Assembly: GCF_002087085.1 (NCBI RefSeq)
Contig: NZ_MWQY01000006.1
Coordinates: 186,001-216,258 of the forward strand
DNA: 30,258 nt
Direction: 5' to 3'
Position 1 is the first letter of the stretch; every line of letters begins with the position of its first letter. A model generated the notes under the pieces. It did not search any database and was not told where the DNA came from. It worked only from the letters and a program-made list of their open reading frames with translations. Positions 1 to 8,863 of the stretch are shown one piece after another. A program made the position numbers and the translations under genes.

Positions 1-1
1 G

Positions 2-1432
2 TTTCTGGGGCTCTTTTATTTTGAGGTCTCCTTTCTGCTGCCCTATTCTTCCTCCGGGGTCTATACAGTGGAGCTGCGGCTGATCTCGGCCATGATCCTG
101 GTCAACATACCAGCCGCATGGCTGCAGCAGCGCTACAGAAACCGGGGAAACCGTCATCTGGCACGACTCCTCTATTCTGATCAGCTCACCGGCCTGCCGA
201 ATCGAAATCAGCTGATAAAGGATGTTCAGCATATTCGCACCCCCATACTGTTCCTGATCAATATTGATGACTTCAAGGAGATAAATGATGTTTTCAGTCC
301 CAAGGCTGGAGACACGATCCTCAGGGAACTTGCAGAGCTGATTCAGTCGGTTATTCGGGATCTTCCCTGCTCATATTACAAACTGACCGCCGATGAATTT
401 GCCCTGCTCTTCGAGAACTCCGGGGACTTTTCCACCCGGCAGCAGTTGAGCATCCTGGCTGAAACCCTGAGCAGTCGTATTGCGGCCCAGGAGTTCTCCA
501 TCGACGAAAGCGAGATACGCCTGAGGGTGAGCATAGGTATTGGTGACTCCCGCATAAACGAAAACGACAATGTTCTTGCCCAGGCAGATATGGCCCTGAA
601 GACGGCGAAAAAGATCCATAAGCCCTACCTCTTCTTTACCCAGACCATCGATACCCGGGAGAATTACCACAAAAACATCCACTCATTGAAGGTATTGACC
701 GAGGCCCTGGAACATAACAGGATTGTTCCCTACTACATGGCCATAATAAACAGCAACACCGGCCAACCGGAATCCTATGAATGCCTTGCACGACTCATCG
801 ATCCCGACGGCGTGGTATACCCTCCTCACTTTTTTCTGGAGATCTCAAAAAAGGCACGCCTCTACTCCCTGATTACCCGGATGGTCTTCAGAAAAGCCGC
901 GGACTACTTTAACGATCTGCCCTATCAGTTCACCGTCAATATCTCCATGGACGATATGGATGACCCCGAAACTGTTTCCACCATTCTGGAAATCCTGGAA
1001 ACCCATCCAAAACTGCATAACCGGGTGATTTTTGAGATTCTTGAGTCGGAAAGCATCAATAATTATCCCCAGGTTATGACCTTTATCCAGCTGGTAAAGA
1101 CCTACGGCTGCAAAATTGCTATTGATGATTTCGGCTCCGGCTACTCCAACTTCGAGAACGTTTCCCGACTGAGGGTGGATTATCTGAAGATAAACGGCGC
1201 CCTTGTCCGCAATATCGTCCGCAGCCCGCAGAACCGCTTCATTGTTGAAAATATCCACAATTTTGCCGTCGGTCTCGGAATAAAGACTGTCGCAGAATAC
1301 GTGGAAGACGAGTCCATCCTGCAGCACCTCAAGCGCATGAAGATTGACTACCTCCAGGGCTATTATTTCGGAGCTCCGGCGGAGGATATCCTGCCCGTTT
1401 CTGAAGACAGATTGCTGCAGACCCTAAAATAG
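2..1432 (+). CDS. Membrane-anchored GGDEF(degenerate)-EAL protein, probable c-di-GMP phosphodiesterase; 5'-truncated by the window edge
   Basis: Frame is open from position 2 (FLGLFYFEVSFLLPYSSSGVYTVELRL..., hydrophobic). GGDEF-domain marks DQLTGLPNR and IDDFKEIND are present, but the signature reads TADEF. The EAL domain has YECLARL, FEILESE, AIDDFGSGYSN, VAEYVE and YLQGYYFG. Confidence 0.9.
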   Translation, partial: FLGLFYFEVSFLLPYSSSGVYTVELRLISAMILVNIPAAWLQQRYRNRGNRHLARLLYSDQLTGLPNRNQLIKDVQHIRTPILFLINIDDFKEINDVFSPKAGDTILRELAELIQSVIRDLPCSYYKLTADEFALLFENSGDFSTRQQLSILAETLSSRIAAQEFSIDESEIRLRVSIGIGDSRINENDNVLAQADMALKTAKKIHKPYLFFTQTIDTRENYHKNIHSLKVLTEALEHNRIVPYYMAIINSNTGQPESYECLARLIDPDGVVYPPHFFLEISKKARLYSLITRMVFRKAADYFNDLPYQFTVNISMDDMDDPETVSTILEILETHPKLHNRVIFEILESESINNYPQVMTFIQLVKTYGCKIAIDDFGSGYSNFENVSRLRVDYLKINGALVRNIVRSPQNRFIVENIHNFAVGLGIKTVAEYVEDESILQHLKRMKIDYLQGYYFGAPAEDILPVSEDRLLQTLK

Positions 1433-1440
1433 GTTACCTT
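1412..1440 (+). promoter_or_regulatory. Putative sigma70 promoter, leaderless-type, for adenosine deaminase
   Basis: TTGCTG(1412-1417)-17 bp-TACCTT(1435-1440), 6 nt before ATG 1447; no SD. Confidence 0.4.
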
Positions 1441-1446
1441 AACAGC

Positions 1447-2526
1447 ATGGTAACAGAAGAAATGATCAAACAGCTGCCCAAGGTGGAGCTTCACGACCAT
1501 CTCGACGGCAGCCTGCGGCCCCGGACCATACTGGAGCTCGCGGAAAAAGAGGGCGTCCAGCTGCCCGCCGCCACCCCCGAAGAGCTGGCAGCCTGGTTTC
1601 ACCGGGGAGCCGACCGGAAGAGCCTCTCCCTCTATCTTGAAGGCTTTGCCTACACAACCGCCCTCATGCAGTCCAGAGAATCCCTGCGCCGGGTGGCCCG
1701 GGAACATATGCATACCCTGGCGGAGGACAACGTTGTCTACGGGGAAATACGTTTTGCCCCCTGTCTGCACCAGAAGCAGGGGTTGAACATTGAAGAGGTG
1801 GTCAAATCGGTTCTCGAAGGACTTGATGAGGGAAGCCAGGAAACCGGCGTAAAATACGGACTGATCCTCTGCGCCATGCGTCACCAGAAGGTCTCTCTGG
1901 AGATTGCCGAACTGGCGGTAGCCTTCCGTTCACGGGGCGTCGTCGGCTTCGATATTGCCGGAGACGAATTCGGGCACCCCCCCAAAAAACATCTCGACGC
2001 TTTTCAGTACATCAAGAACAGGAATTTCAATATAACGATCCATGCCGGCGAAGCCTTCGGTGTTGAATCGATCTGGCAGGCAGTGCAGATCTGCGGTGCC
2101 CACCGTATAGGACACGCCACCCGGCTGGTGGAAGATATGGTGGTTCATGGAACGAGGATCGAAAAGATGGGGACTCTCTCCTCCTACATTCTGGACAAAC
2201 GCATCCCCATGGAGATCTGCCTTTCCTCCAACGTACAGACCGGCGCGGCGAAGAGCCTGGACACCCATCCTTTTCAAATCTATCACCGGAACAACTTCCG
2301 GGTCATGCTCTGTACGGACAATCGCCTTATGAGCAACACGAGCCTCAGCAAGGAGATGGGTCTGGCGGTGGAATACTACGGACTGGATATTCGGGATCTC
2401 GAAAAGCTCAGCATCAATGCCATGAAGTCCGCCTTTATCGGCTATAATGAAAGAATCGAGCTGATCTATGATGTACTCAAACCGCGCTTCGCACAGCTGC
2501 GGGAAACCATAAATCCGAACATGTAG
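1447..2526 (+). CDS. add: Adenosine deaminase
   Basis: LPKVELHDHLDGS (HxH), VVYGEIRFAP, VVGFDIAG, TIHAGEAFG, RIGH, EICLSSN and TDNRLMS motifs of the amidohydrolase ADA family. Confidence 0.93.
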   Translation: MVTEEMIKQLPKVELHDHLDGSLRPRTILELAEKEGVQLPAATPEELAAWFHRGADRKSLSLYLEGFAYTTALMQSRESLRRVAREHMHTLAEDNVVYGEIRFAPCLHQKQGLNIEEVVKSVLEGLDEGSQETGVKYGLILCAMRHQKVSLEIAELAVAFRSRGVVGFDIAGDEFGHPPKKHLDAFQYIKNRNFNITIHAGEAFGVESIWQAVQICGAHRIGHATRLVEDMVVHGTRIEKMGTLSSYILDKRIPMEICLSSNVQTGAAKSLDTHPFQIYHRNNFRVMLCTDNRLMSNTSLSKEMGLAVEYYGLDIRDLEKLSINAMKSAFIGYNERIELIYDVLKPRFAQLRETINPNM

Positions 2527-2528
2527 AC

Positions 2529-5306
2529 TCAGGGAAGGTCCCGGAGAAAACGCCCGAAGGCTTCAGCAGCCTTTTCAAGGGCAGGCAGGGCAATACGAAC
2601 TTCCCGTTCTTCACCGGTCTTGGCTGCCTGTTCGGCCTTTCGGGCAATATCGGCAATTTCCAAGGCAAAGAGGTTCAGGCCTCCCCCTTTAAGGGAATGA
2701 AGCTCCCGGTGAACAAGCTTCCAGTCCTGTTTTTCCAGGGCTTTCCCGATCCGTTCCAGCTGCCCCTCGATACCGCCGGCGAATCCCTGTACCATCTGCA
2801 GCGCGGCAGCCCTGTCTCCCCCCAGGTCCCGAACCAGGGAAGCAAAATCGCAGACCATGGAGGAATCTCCCTTTTCCTGAGAAGCTTCCTCTGAAGCGCT
2901 GCCCGAACTGAGCCAGGAAGCCACATCGGATAAAAATGCCTCCCTGCGCAGAGGTTTGGTAAGGACCCCGTTCATCCCGGCCTGCCGGTACTGCCGCAGA
3001 TCATCGGGAAAGGCGTTTGCCGTCAATCCTACAATGGGAGTCTCCCGGTTCGGTCCCTGCCGGATCAGGGCCGTGGCCTCCAGTCCGTCCATCTCCGGCA
3101 TTTGAACATCCATGAGTATAAGATCGAAAAAGCGCTGCTCTGCCAGTTCAACCGCTTCTCTGCCGTTCAGTGCCTCGGAAACCTGGCACCCCACCGACTC
3201 CAGGTGACTCCGGGCGATAACCCGGTTGGGAAGATAATCCTCCACCACCAGTACCTTCGGACTGCCCTGGATCAGCTCCACACTGCCAGGGGAAGCATTT
3301 TTCGCATCAGGGAACCCGTCTTCCATCGGGACACGGCAGGGCAGGGTAAACCAGAAGAGAGAACCGAATCCAATTTCACTCTCCAGGCCTATCTCCCCTT
3401 TCATGAGGGTAACAAGCTGCTTGGTTATCGTTGTGCCAAGTCCCGTTCCGCCGTAAAGACGGGTTCTGCTGGTGTCACCCTGCTCGAAACTGTCAAAAAT
3501 GGTTTCCGCCTGTTCCCGGGGGATACCGATACCTGTATCCGCAACGGAGAATTTCAAAACAAGCTCCCGGTTCCCCGGCCATTCCTCGACCGCCACGGAA
3601 ACCCTGATCCCTCCGCGGGAGGTAAACTTCACGGCATTGCTGACAAGATTATCCAGCACCTGGCGCAGCCGGAAAGAGTCGGCTTCTATCAGCTCCGGGA
3701 CATCGTTGCCCTCTTCCACCTGCAGATAGAGCCCCTTATCGGCGCAATGGACGGCGAAACTGTTTTCTATGCTTTGAAGGAATTCCTTCAGATTGAAGGT
3801 TGCCGGATCAAGGGAAATTTTCCCCGCCTCGATCTTTTCGATGTCCAGAAGCTGGTTTATCAGGGTCAGGAGTCGTTCAGACTCTTCAAGAACAATATCC
3901 AGGTTTTTCTTCTGGTCATGGTCGACTCGCCGGCTGATCATCTCACTGAAACCGATGATACAGTTCAGGGGGGTTCGCATCTCGTGGCTGATATTCGCAA
4001 GAAAACGGCTCTTTGCCTGACTGGCGTGCCTGGCGGCTTCCATGGCATCGTGGAGATCGGTATTGGCCCGCTGCAGCTCCCGGGTACGATCCATGACCTT
4101 CTGCTCGATCATTTCGGAGTAGCGTTCCAGTTCGCTGTGAAGTCGCATGGAGCGCATCGCAAGGGAGGCAAAGACCCCCATATCGAAGGTAAAGATGGCG
4201 ATTCCCTGAATCCACCAGATGGGATAGATCCTCAGCATCATATAGATGATGTCATGGGCACCGATCAGCCCGCCCAGGTATACCCCGATCAGCATGGGCA
4301 GGGTATCCGGAACACCCCTGCGGAATGCCCCGGTGGTAATGACGGCCATGAGAATAATCTGAAGACTGACAAGAAAGAGGGACCAGGAGAAAATTATATC
4401 CACCATCAGGGTGGTTTTACCGAAGAAGAAAATCCCGAGAAAGGAAAAAATGCTGAAGGTCCAGAAATACGGCATCTGCCGCTTCAGACCCGTTGATTCC
4501 AGATAGCGGGCCACAAAGGATGTCATCAGGGTTACCGACGGAAAGAAGATCGCCTTGGAGAATGCGAAGAAGGGAGTAAAGGGGAGCTGGGGAAAGGAGT
4601 ACCCCAGGCGGATCAGATAGATAGTGAAGCCTACATTTACCAGGGCGAAAATAAGATTATTCCGTTCCTTGGGACGTACGAAAAACTGCATAAAGTAGAA
4701 AAAGGCCACAAAGAGGGAAAGAAATGAGAGGTACCGGTACAGATCGACATTGATAAAATTGACCAGTCCCTCGTAGAACCGGTAATCCTCACGGAAACCC
4801 AGGGTGGGAGGAGTAATAACAGTCCGGTCCGCCTCGGGACTGTAGAGGATATCAATCCAGTTGCCCTCGTCATAACGGAGGACCCCCTTCGGTATGGGAG
4901 CGTTGACTCTGCGGGCTTCATGGTAGTGGTAATCCGGAGAAAAACTCCCGTGGGTGAGAACCTCAATACCGTTTATTCGTACCCGCACGGCTCCCCAGCG
5001 TTTTCCCATCAGAACAAAGAGCTCTTCGCCCTTTAGTTCCGGAGGAATAGAAAACTCCCGGACAAGGTGGAATACAGGGTAGCGCCGTCCGCCGGGCTCA
5101 GGTTCCGCAGGAAGTTCAATCTCCTTCCATTCGGAAAAACCTCCTCCCTCGGACAGCTCCGGCAGTCCCACCTGAGACTCACAGCGAATGCTCCAGGACC
5201 CCTCAAGCACCGTCGGGCCTTCGGTATTCAGATGTACCGGAGGATCGGAATAGAGGGGAACAAGAAAGCAGAGAAGGAGAATGGGGAGCCGGAGAAAAAC
5301 CATCAT
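2529..5306 (-). CDS. Hybrid sensor histidine kinase: signal peptide, jelly-roll-like extracellular sensor, about 7 TM helices (7TM-DISM-like), HisKA, HATPase, REC, Hpt
   Basis: H-box NISHEMRTPLN; N-box LDNLVSNAVKFT; G1 DTGIG; G2 GTGLG; REC VEDY...LMDVQMPEMDG...KP; Hpt HSLKGGGLNL; several hydrophobic segments around aa 190-385. The start may be the second ATG (5303). Confidence 0.92.
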   Translation of the reverse strand: MMVFLRLPILLLCFLVPLYSDPPVHLNTEGPTVLEGSWSIRCESQVGLPELSEGGGFSEWKEIELPAEPEPGGRRYPVFHLVREFSIPPELKGEELFVLMGKRWGAVRVRINGIEVLTHGSFSPDYHYHEARRVNAPIPKGVLRYDEGNWIDILYSPEADRTVITPPTLGFREDYRFYEGLVNFINVDLYRYLSFLSLFVAFFYFMQFFVRPKERNNLIFALVNVGFTIYLIRLGYSFPQLPFTPFFAFSKAIFFPSVTLMTSFVARYLESTGLKRQMPYFWTFSIFSFLGIFFFGKTTLMVDIIFSWSLFLVSLQIILMAVITTGAFRRGVPDTLPMLIGVYLGGLIGAHDIIYMMLRIYPIWWIQGIAIFTFDMGVFASLAMRSMRLHSELERYSEMIEQKVMDRTRELQRANTDLHDAMEAARHASQAKSRFLANISHEMRTPLNCIIGFSEMISRRVDHDQKKNLDIVLEESERLLTLINQLLDIEKIEAGKISLDPATFNLKEFLQSIENSFAVHCADKGLYLQVEEGNDVPELIEADSFRLRQVLDNLVSNAVKFTSRGGIRVSVAVEEWPGNRELVLKFSVADTGIGIPREQAETIFDSFEQGDTSRTRLYGGTGLGTTITKQLVTLMKGEIGLESEIGFGSLFWFTLPCRVPMEDGFPDAKNASPGSVELIQGSPKVLVVEDYLPNRVIARSHLESVGCQVSEALNGREAVELAEQRFFDLILMDVQMPEMDGLEATALIRQGPNRETPIVGLTANAFPDDLRQYRQAGMNGVLTKPLRREAFLSDVASWLSSGSASEEASQEKGDSSMVCDFASLVRDLGGDRAAALQMVQGFAGGIEGQLERIGKALEKQDWKLVHRELHSLKGGGLNLFALEIADIARKAEQAAKTGEEREVRIALPALEKAAEAFGRFLRDLP

Positions 5307-5361
5307 GTAGAGAATATCCGATGTATCGACGAAAAGCCATAGAACATGCTAATAAACATAT

Positions 5362-5820
5362 ATGCAGATACCAGTTTCACTGCTGATCGCCCTTGGGGTT
5401 CAGCAGTTGTGCCAGCTTATCAAATTCGTCTCCTGTTCCATCAGGGACCGGCACCTGAGTCCCCGGTACTTTTTTTCCTCCGGCGGTATGCCCTCCGCTC
5501 ATTCCGCTTTTGTTACCGCCCTCTGCGTTGCAGTCGGGGTGCGCAGCGGTATCGGGTCAGAGGTTTTCTCCGCAACCCTGGTACTCGCCTTTATCGTCAT
5601 TCATGACGCCCTGCGGGTCCGGGGGACCCTGCAGCAGGTTATCCACATCATCAAGAAGGATCATCCGGAAGAAGGAGGTCCTGCGGCTCGACTGCCGGAA
5701 ACCATCGGCCACGATGCCGCGGAGATCGCCGCGGGAATCGTCCTGGGAATCATCCTGGCGCTTCCTCTGGCATTTTTCTCCCTGAGATTTGTCCCGGGGA
5801 GTACCGGGAATCCCTTGTAG
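5362..5820 (+). CDS. Divergent PAP2 / DUF212 (acid phosphatase/vanadium haloperoxidase-related) membrane protein
   Basis: SSGGMPSAHSA, IVIHDALRVR and IGHDAAEIAAG match DUF212 motifs. Confidence 0.88.
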   Translation: MQIPVSLLIALGVQQLCQLIKFVSCSIRDRHLSPRYFFSSGGMPSAHSAFVTALCVAVGVRSGIGSEVFSATLVLAFIVIHDALRVRGTLQQVIHIIKKDHPEEGGPAARLPETIGHDAAEIAAGIVLGIILALPLAFFSLRFVPGSTGNPL

Positions 5821-5829
5821 ACGGTCCCT

Positions 5830-6513
5830 TCAGTAGCTTCCGTAGGTGCTCGTCTTCCGGAGGATGATTTTACAGCGCATCTTTGCGGCGTAGCGTCCGG
5901 CGACAATACTGACACTGGGGGTATCGATAAGCAGGAGCTCTCCTTCCAGACGCATCGGCTTGTTGCGCATCCGCGGCCGGGCGTATTCCCGGACCGCCTC
6001 CTTCAGGGCCCTGTGATAGGCCTCCATCTTTCCCTCATGCCCCAGGACCGCCCGTTCTTCTCCGTAGCCCATAACGCTGGGGATGGCCGCGCTGAGCCAG
6101 CCGCTGATCCTGAGGTATTCTTCCCGGCCGGGATAGTAGCGATAGAGCAGCATTGCCCTGCTGCCCCGGCCCCGTACGTCCACGGGAACAAGGGCCTCCC
6201 GGGGAATCAACGAGGTGGGCTCAAGGATAAACTCTTCGCCGATGCCCCGTTCCCTGTCCAGAGGACGATACGAGAAGGTATAACCGTAGACCATTCCGGA
6301 GAGTAGAAACCGGGCTTCCGCATCGGCCAGTTTCCGGGCCTCGGCGAAGGCCACCGGATCAAGATCTCCGGCAGCGCTGTCCAGTTCGATCCAGATGTCC
6401 GCCTCGACGGGGGGATACTCCTGGGCACCGAGGGCCTGAAAAACCAGGCAGAAGAGAAGACAAAGCAGCGACTTGGAAACACCGCTGCCTCCGGGACTCC
6501 GGTTGGACTGCAT
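5830..6513 (-). CDS. Hypothetical exported protein (spirochaete-type conserved hypothetical)
   Basis: 227-aa ORF coupled to the rhomboid gene through a TGATG overlap; signal-peptide-like LLCLLFCLVFQALGA-QE. Confidence 0.75.
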   Translation of the reverse strand: MQSNRSPGGSGVSKSLLCLLFCLVFQALGAQEYPPVEADIWIELDSAAGDLDPVAFAEARKLADAEARFLLSGMVYGYTFSYRPLDRERGIGEEFILEPTSLIPREALVPVDVRGRGSRAMLLYRYYPGREEYLRISGWLSAAIPSVMGYGEERAVLGHEGKMEAYHRALKEAVREYARPRMRNKPMRLEGELLLIDTPSVSIVAGRYAAKMRCKIILRKTSTYGSY

Positions 6514-7166
6514 CAGCGCCAGTATCCGCCCCGTCCGCTGCCGCCGCGAAAAACATCCAGGGGGTTGATTCCCAGGCGCAGGACAAAGTAGAGAAAAGCA
6601 AAACCGAAGCCGGCGAGGTGGGTCATATGGGCTATGCCGGAGTTGACACTGACAACCTGGGAGAATATTTCGATTGCAGTGTATCCGATTACCAGATGGG
6701 TCGATTTGACCGGGATAATACCCATTATGAATATCCTGGCATCAGGATAATAGATAGCAAAGGCCAGGAGCACGGCGAAGACCGCTCCGGAAGCTCCCAG
6801 CAGAACAGTGACGGTGCCGGAGATATAGAAAACAAGGAACGAGAACACCCCTGCGAGCACCCCCGTTACCATGTAAAAGAGGACAAATTCGTAGCTGCCC
6901 ATACGGTGTTCCACCTGGACTCCGAAAAAGAAGAGTCCCAGCATATTAAAAAGGATATGAGACATATCCGCATGGGTAAACATGTAGGTAACGAACTGCC
7001 AGATGTAGCCCCGGGAGACAATCCAGGGAGGAACCATCGCCAGGAGAACCCTGGTTTCCGGAATGGCATAGTTTAGAAAAAAGACTCCCACATTAATGAT
7101 GATCAGCGTAAGGGCAGCATTGGTATACACAAAGGGCAGCCGTTTTTTATAAAAGGGGACACTCAT
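6513..7166 (-). CDS. Rhomboid family intramembrane serine protease
   Basis: WQFVTYMFTH, HILFNM, catalytic GASG and AHMTHLAG; about 6 TM segments. Confidence 0.93.
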   Translation of the reverse strand: MSVPFYKKRLPFVYTNAALTLIIINVGVFFLNYAIPETRVLLAMVPPWIVSRGYIWQFVTYMFTHADMSHILFNMLGLFFFGVQVEHRMGSYEFVLFYMVTGVLAGVFSFLVFYISGTVTVLLGASGAVFAVLLAFAIYYPDARIFIMGIIPVKSTHLVIGYTAIEIFSQVVSVNSGIAHMTHLAGFGFAFLYFVLRLGINPLDVFRGGSGRGGYWR

Positions 7167-7174
7167 ATCTCATA

Positions 7175-7203
7175 AAAATACGGGTAAAGTGTGGGATGGT
7201 CAA
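7175..7203 (-). promoter_or_regulatory. Putative sigma70 promoter, leaderless-type, for the rhomboid operon
   Basis: Minus strand TTGACC(7203-7198)-17 bp-TATTTT(7180-7175), 8 nt before ATG 7166. Confidence 0.55.
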
Positions 7204-7209
7204 CAGGCC

Positions 7210-7473
7210 CTACATCCGTAATAAATCGACAAAAGCATGAACATCCCCGTCCAGTCCTTCGAGATCGACGACGATGTGCCATTCCCCCTGCCGCAGGGGA
7301 CGAAGCTCCGCCCTGGGGGGATCATACAGTCCCCCGACAAAGGAGTAGCGTTTTTTCATCTTGTACTTGTGGTAATTCAGCTCATCCATAAGACGTATAT
7401 TGGCCCGCCGGTCAATGTTGACCCGGATGATTGTGTCCGGACCGGACCTGATCGTATAATGGAGGAAATTCAT
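7210..7473 (-). CDS. DUF1883 domain small protein
   Basis: MNFLHY...ANIRLMDELNY...Y.FVGG...G.WHIVVDLEG fits the DUF1883 pattern; GGAGG SD upstream. Confidence 0.8.
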   Translation of the reverse strand: MNFLHYTIRSGPDTIIRVNIDRRANIRLMDELNYHKYKMKKRYSFVGGLYDPPRAELRPLRQGEWHIVVDLEGLDGDVHAFVDLLRM

Positions 7474-7555
7474 CTGCCTGTACCTCCCGTGTACTTTTTT
7501 ACCGCCCTCGGATATGCTTGTCTAAGAGTTACTCCGGGAGGAAGGGAAAGTCAAG

Positions 7556-8149
7556 ATGCGCAGCAAACCCGACCATTACACAATCAGAGCCAGGAAGGAG
7601 GGGTATCCCGCCCGTTCGGTATATAAACTCAAGGAGCTGGATGAAAAACTGCAGCTGCTGCCAAAATCCGGACAAATCCTGGATATCGGTGCAGCCCCCG
7701 GCAGCTGGAGCCTCTACGCACGCCGCCGTGGAAAGGGCCGCCTCAGGATCGTCGCCGTGGACCTGCAGCAGATCCGGATAGCCCCTGAACCCGAAACCAC
7801 CCTGCTTATCCAGGGCGACGTATTCAGCGGGGAGGTACAGCAGAAACTCCATGAAGAAGCCCCCTTCGATCTTATAATGAGCGATGCGGCCCCGGCGACA
7901 ACGGGCAACCGTACCGTCGACTGCGGACGCTCCTCGTCGCTGGTGGAGGGGATTCTCTCTCTTGCTCCCGGACTGCTTGCCCGGGGCGGATCCCTGGTTA
8001 TGAAGATATTCCAGGGCGGCCAGGAAAAGAGGATTTTAAACAGAATGCAGGAAGATTTCGCCACCGCAAGGATGATGAAGCCGAAGGCCTGCAGAAACGA
8101 GTCCTTCGAAACCTTTCTCATCGGGATCAACTATCATGGAAAAAAGTGA
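7556..8149 (+). CDS. rlmE: 23S rRNA Um2552 2'-O-methyltransferase (RlmE/FtsJ)
   Basis: GYPARSVYKLKELD, LDIGAAPGSW, SDAAP, VMKIFQG and KPKACRNESFE (K-D-K-E tetrad). Confidence 0.93.
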   Translation: MRSKPDHYTIRARKEGYPARSVYKLKELDEKLQLLPKSGQILDIGAAPGSWSLYARRRGKGRLRIVAVDLQQIRIAPEPETTLLIQGDVFSGEVQQKLHEEAPFDLIMSDAAPATTGNRTVDCGRSSSLVEGILSLAPGLLARGGSLVMKIFQGGQEKRILNRMQEDFATARMMKPKACRNESFETFLIGINYHGKK

Positions 8150-8165
8150 CAATCCGGGGTATTCT
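8137..8165 (+). promoter_or_regulatory. Putative promoter, leaderless-type, for the NlpC/P60 lipoprotein
   Basis: TGGAAA(8137-8142)-17 bp-TATTCT(8160-8165), 8 nt before ATG 8174; no SD. Confidence 0.4.
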
Positions 8166-8173
8166 TTACAACA

Positions 8174-8848
8174 ATGATGAGAATTAATTCCAGGGAGGCC
8201 TCAGCTTTTCCCGCGATCGGTCTCCTTTTGCTGATATTGTCCGGCTGTGTAAGCCTCTCCGACAGCGGGCAGACGCTTCCCCCCTCCGCCCTGACGGGAG
8301 ACGAGCTCACGGAGACCCAGATCCGGCTCGTGGAAGGGGCAGGAAAGGTTCTGGGAGCCCGTCGGCTCGATATAGGAGGCCGGGAATATCCCCTAGACTG
8401 TACCGGCACCATTATGGCCATATACGCCTATGCGGGCATCGATCTGCAGAGCCCCATGAGGCGCTTCAGCGGCAACGGTGTTACCCGGCTCTACCGCTAT
8501 CTGGAAAGCCTCGACCTGCTCTATTCCAGCGATACACCCTTACCCGGCGACCTGGTGTTCTGGGATAACACCTACGACCGGAACAATGACGGCAAGTGGA
8601 ACGATACCCTCACCCACGTGGGAATGGTTGTTGCAGTTGACGGCGACGGAACCGTTCATTACGTGCATCACAACTATCGAAAGGGCATCGTTCTGGCCAG
8701 GATGAACCTGCTGCAGCCGGATTCTGTTGTACAGGGGAACAAACAGTTGAACTCGGCAATGCGCATGCGGGACGGAAAGGTGTATCCCCTTTGGCTCTCC
8801 AGCCATTTATACAGGGAGCTGGGAAAAGGCTGGGAACTGAAAAGCTGA
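8174..8848 (+). CDS. NlpC/P60 (CHAP-like) cell-wall peptidase lipoprotein
   Basis: Lipobox ILSG-C; catalytic DCTG, PGDLVFWDNT, THVGMV; DxNxDG loop (DRNNDG). Confidence 0.85.
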   Translation: MMRINSREASAFPAIGLLLLILSGCVSLSDSGQTLPPSALTGDELTETQIRLVEGAGKVLGARRLDIGGREYPLDCTGTIMAIYAYAGIDLQSPMRRFSGNGVTRLYRYLESLDLLYSSDTPLPGDLVFWDNTYDRNNDGKWNDTLTHVGMVVAVDGDGTVHYVHHNYRKGIVLARMNLLQPDSVVQGNKQLNSAMRMRDGKVYPLWLSSHLYRELGKGWELKS

Positions 8849-8863
8849 AAAGCCCCGGAAAGG

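Noticed and set aside
3102..4496. 464-aa plus-strand ORF
   Set aside because: Antisense shadow of the hybrid kinase with no motifs; expected from GC-rich codon bias.
5347..5361. Extended -10 (TGcTAATAA) 6 nt before the DUF212 start
   Set aside because: Lacks the conserved final T and a -35 box; too weak to count in the leaderless set.
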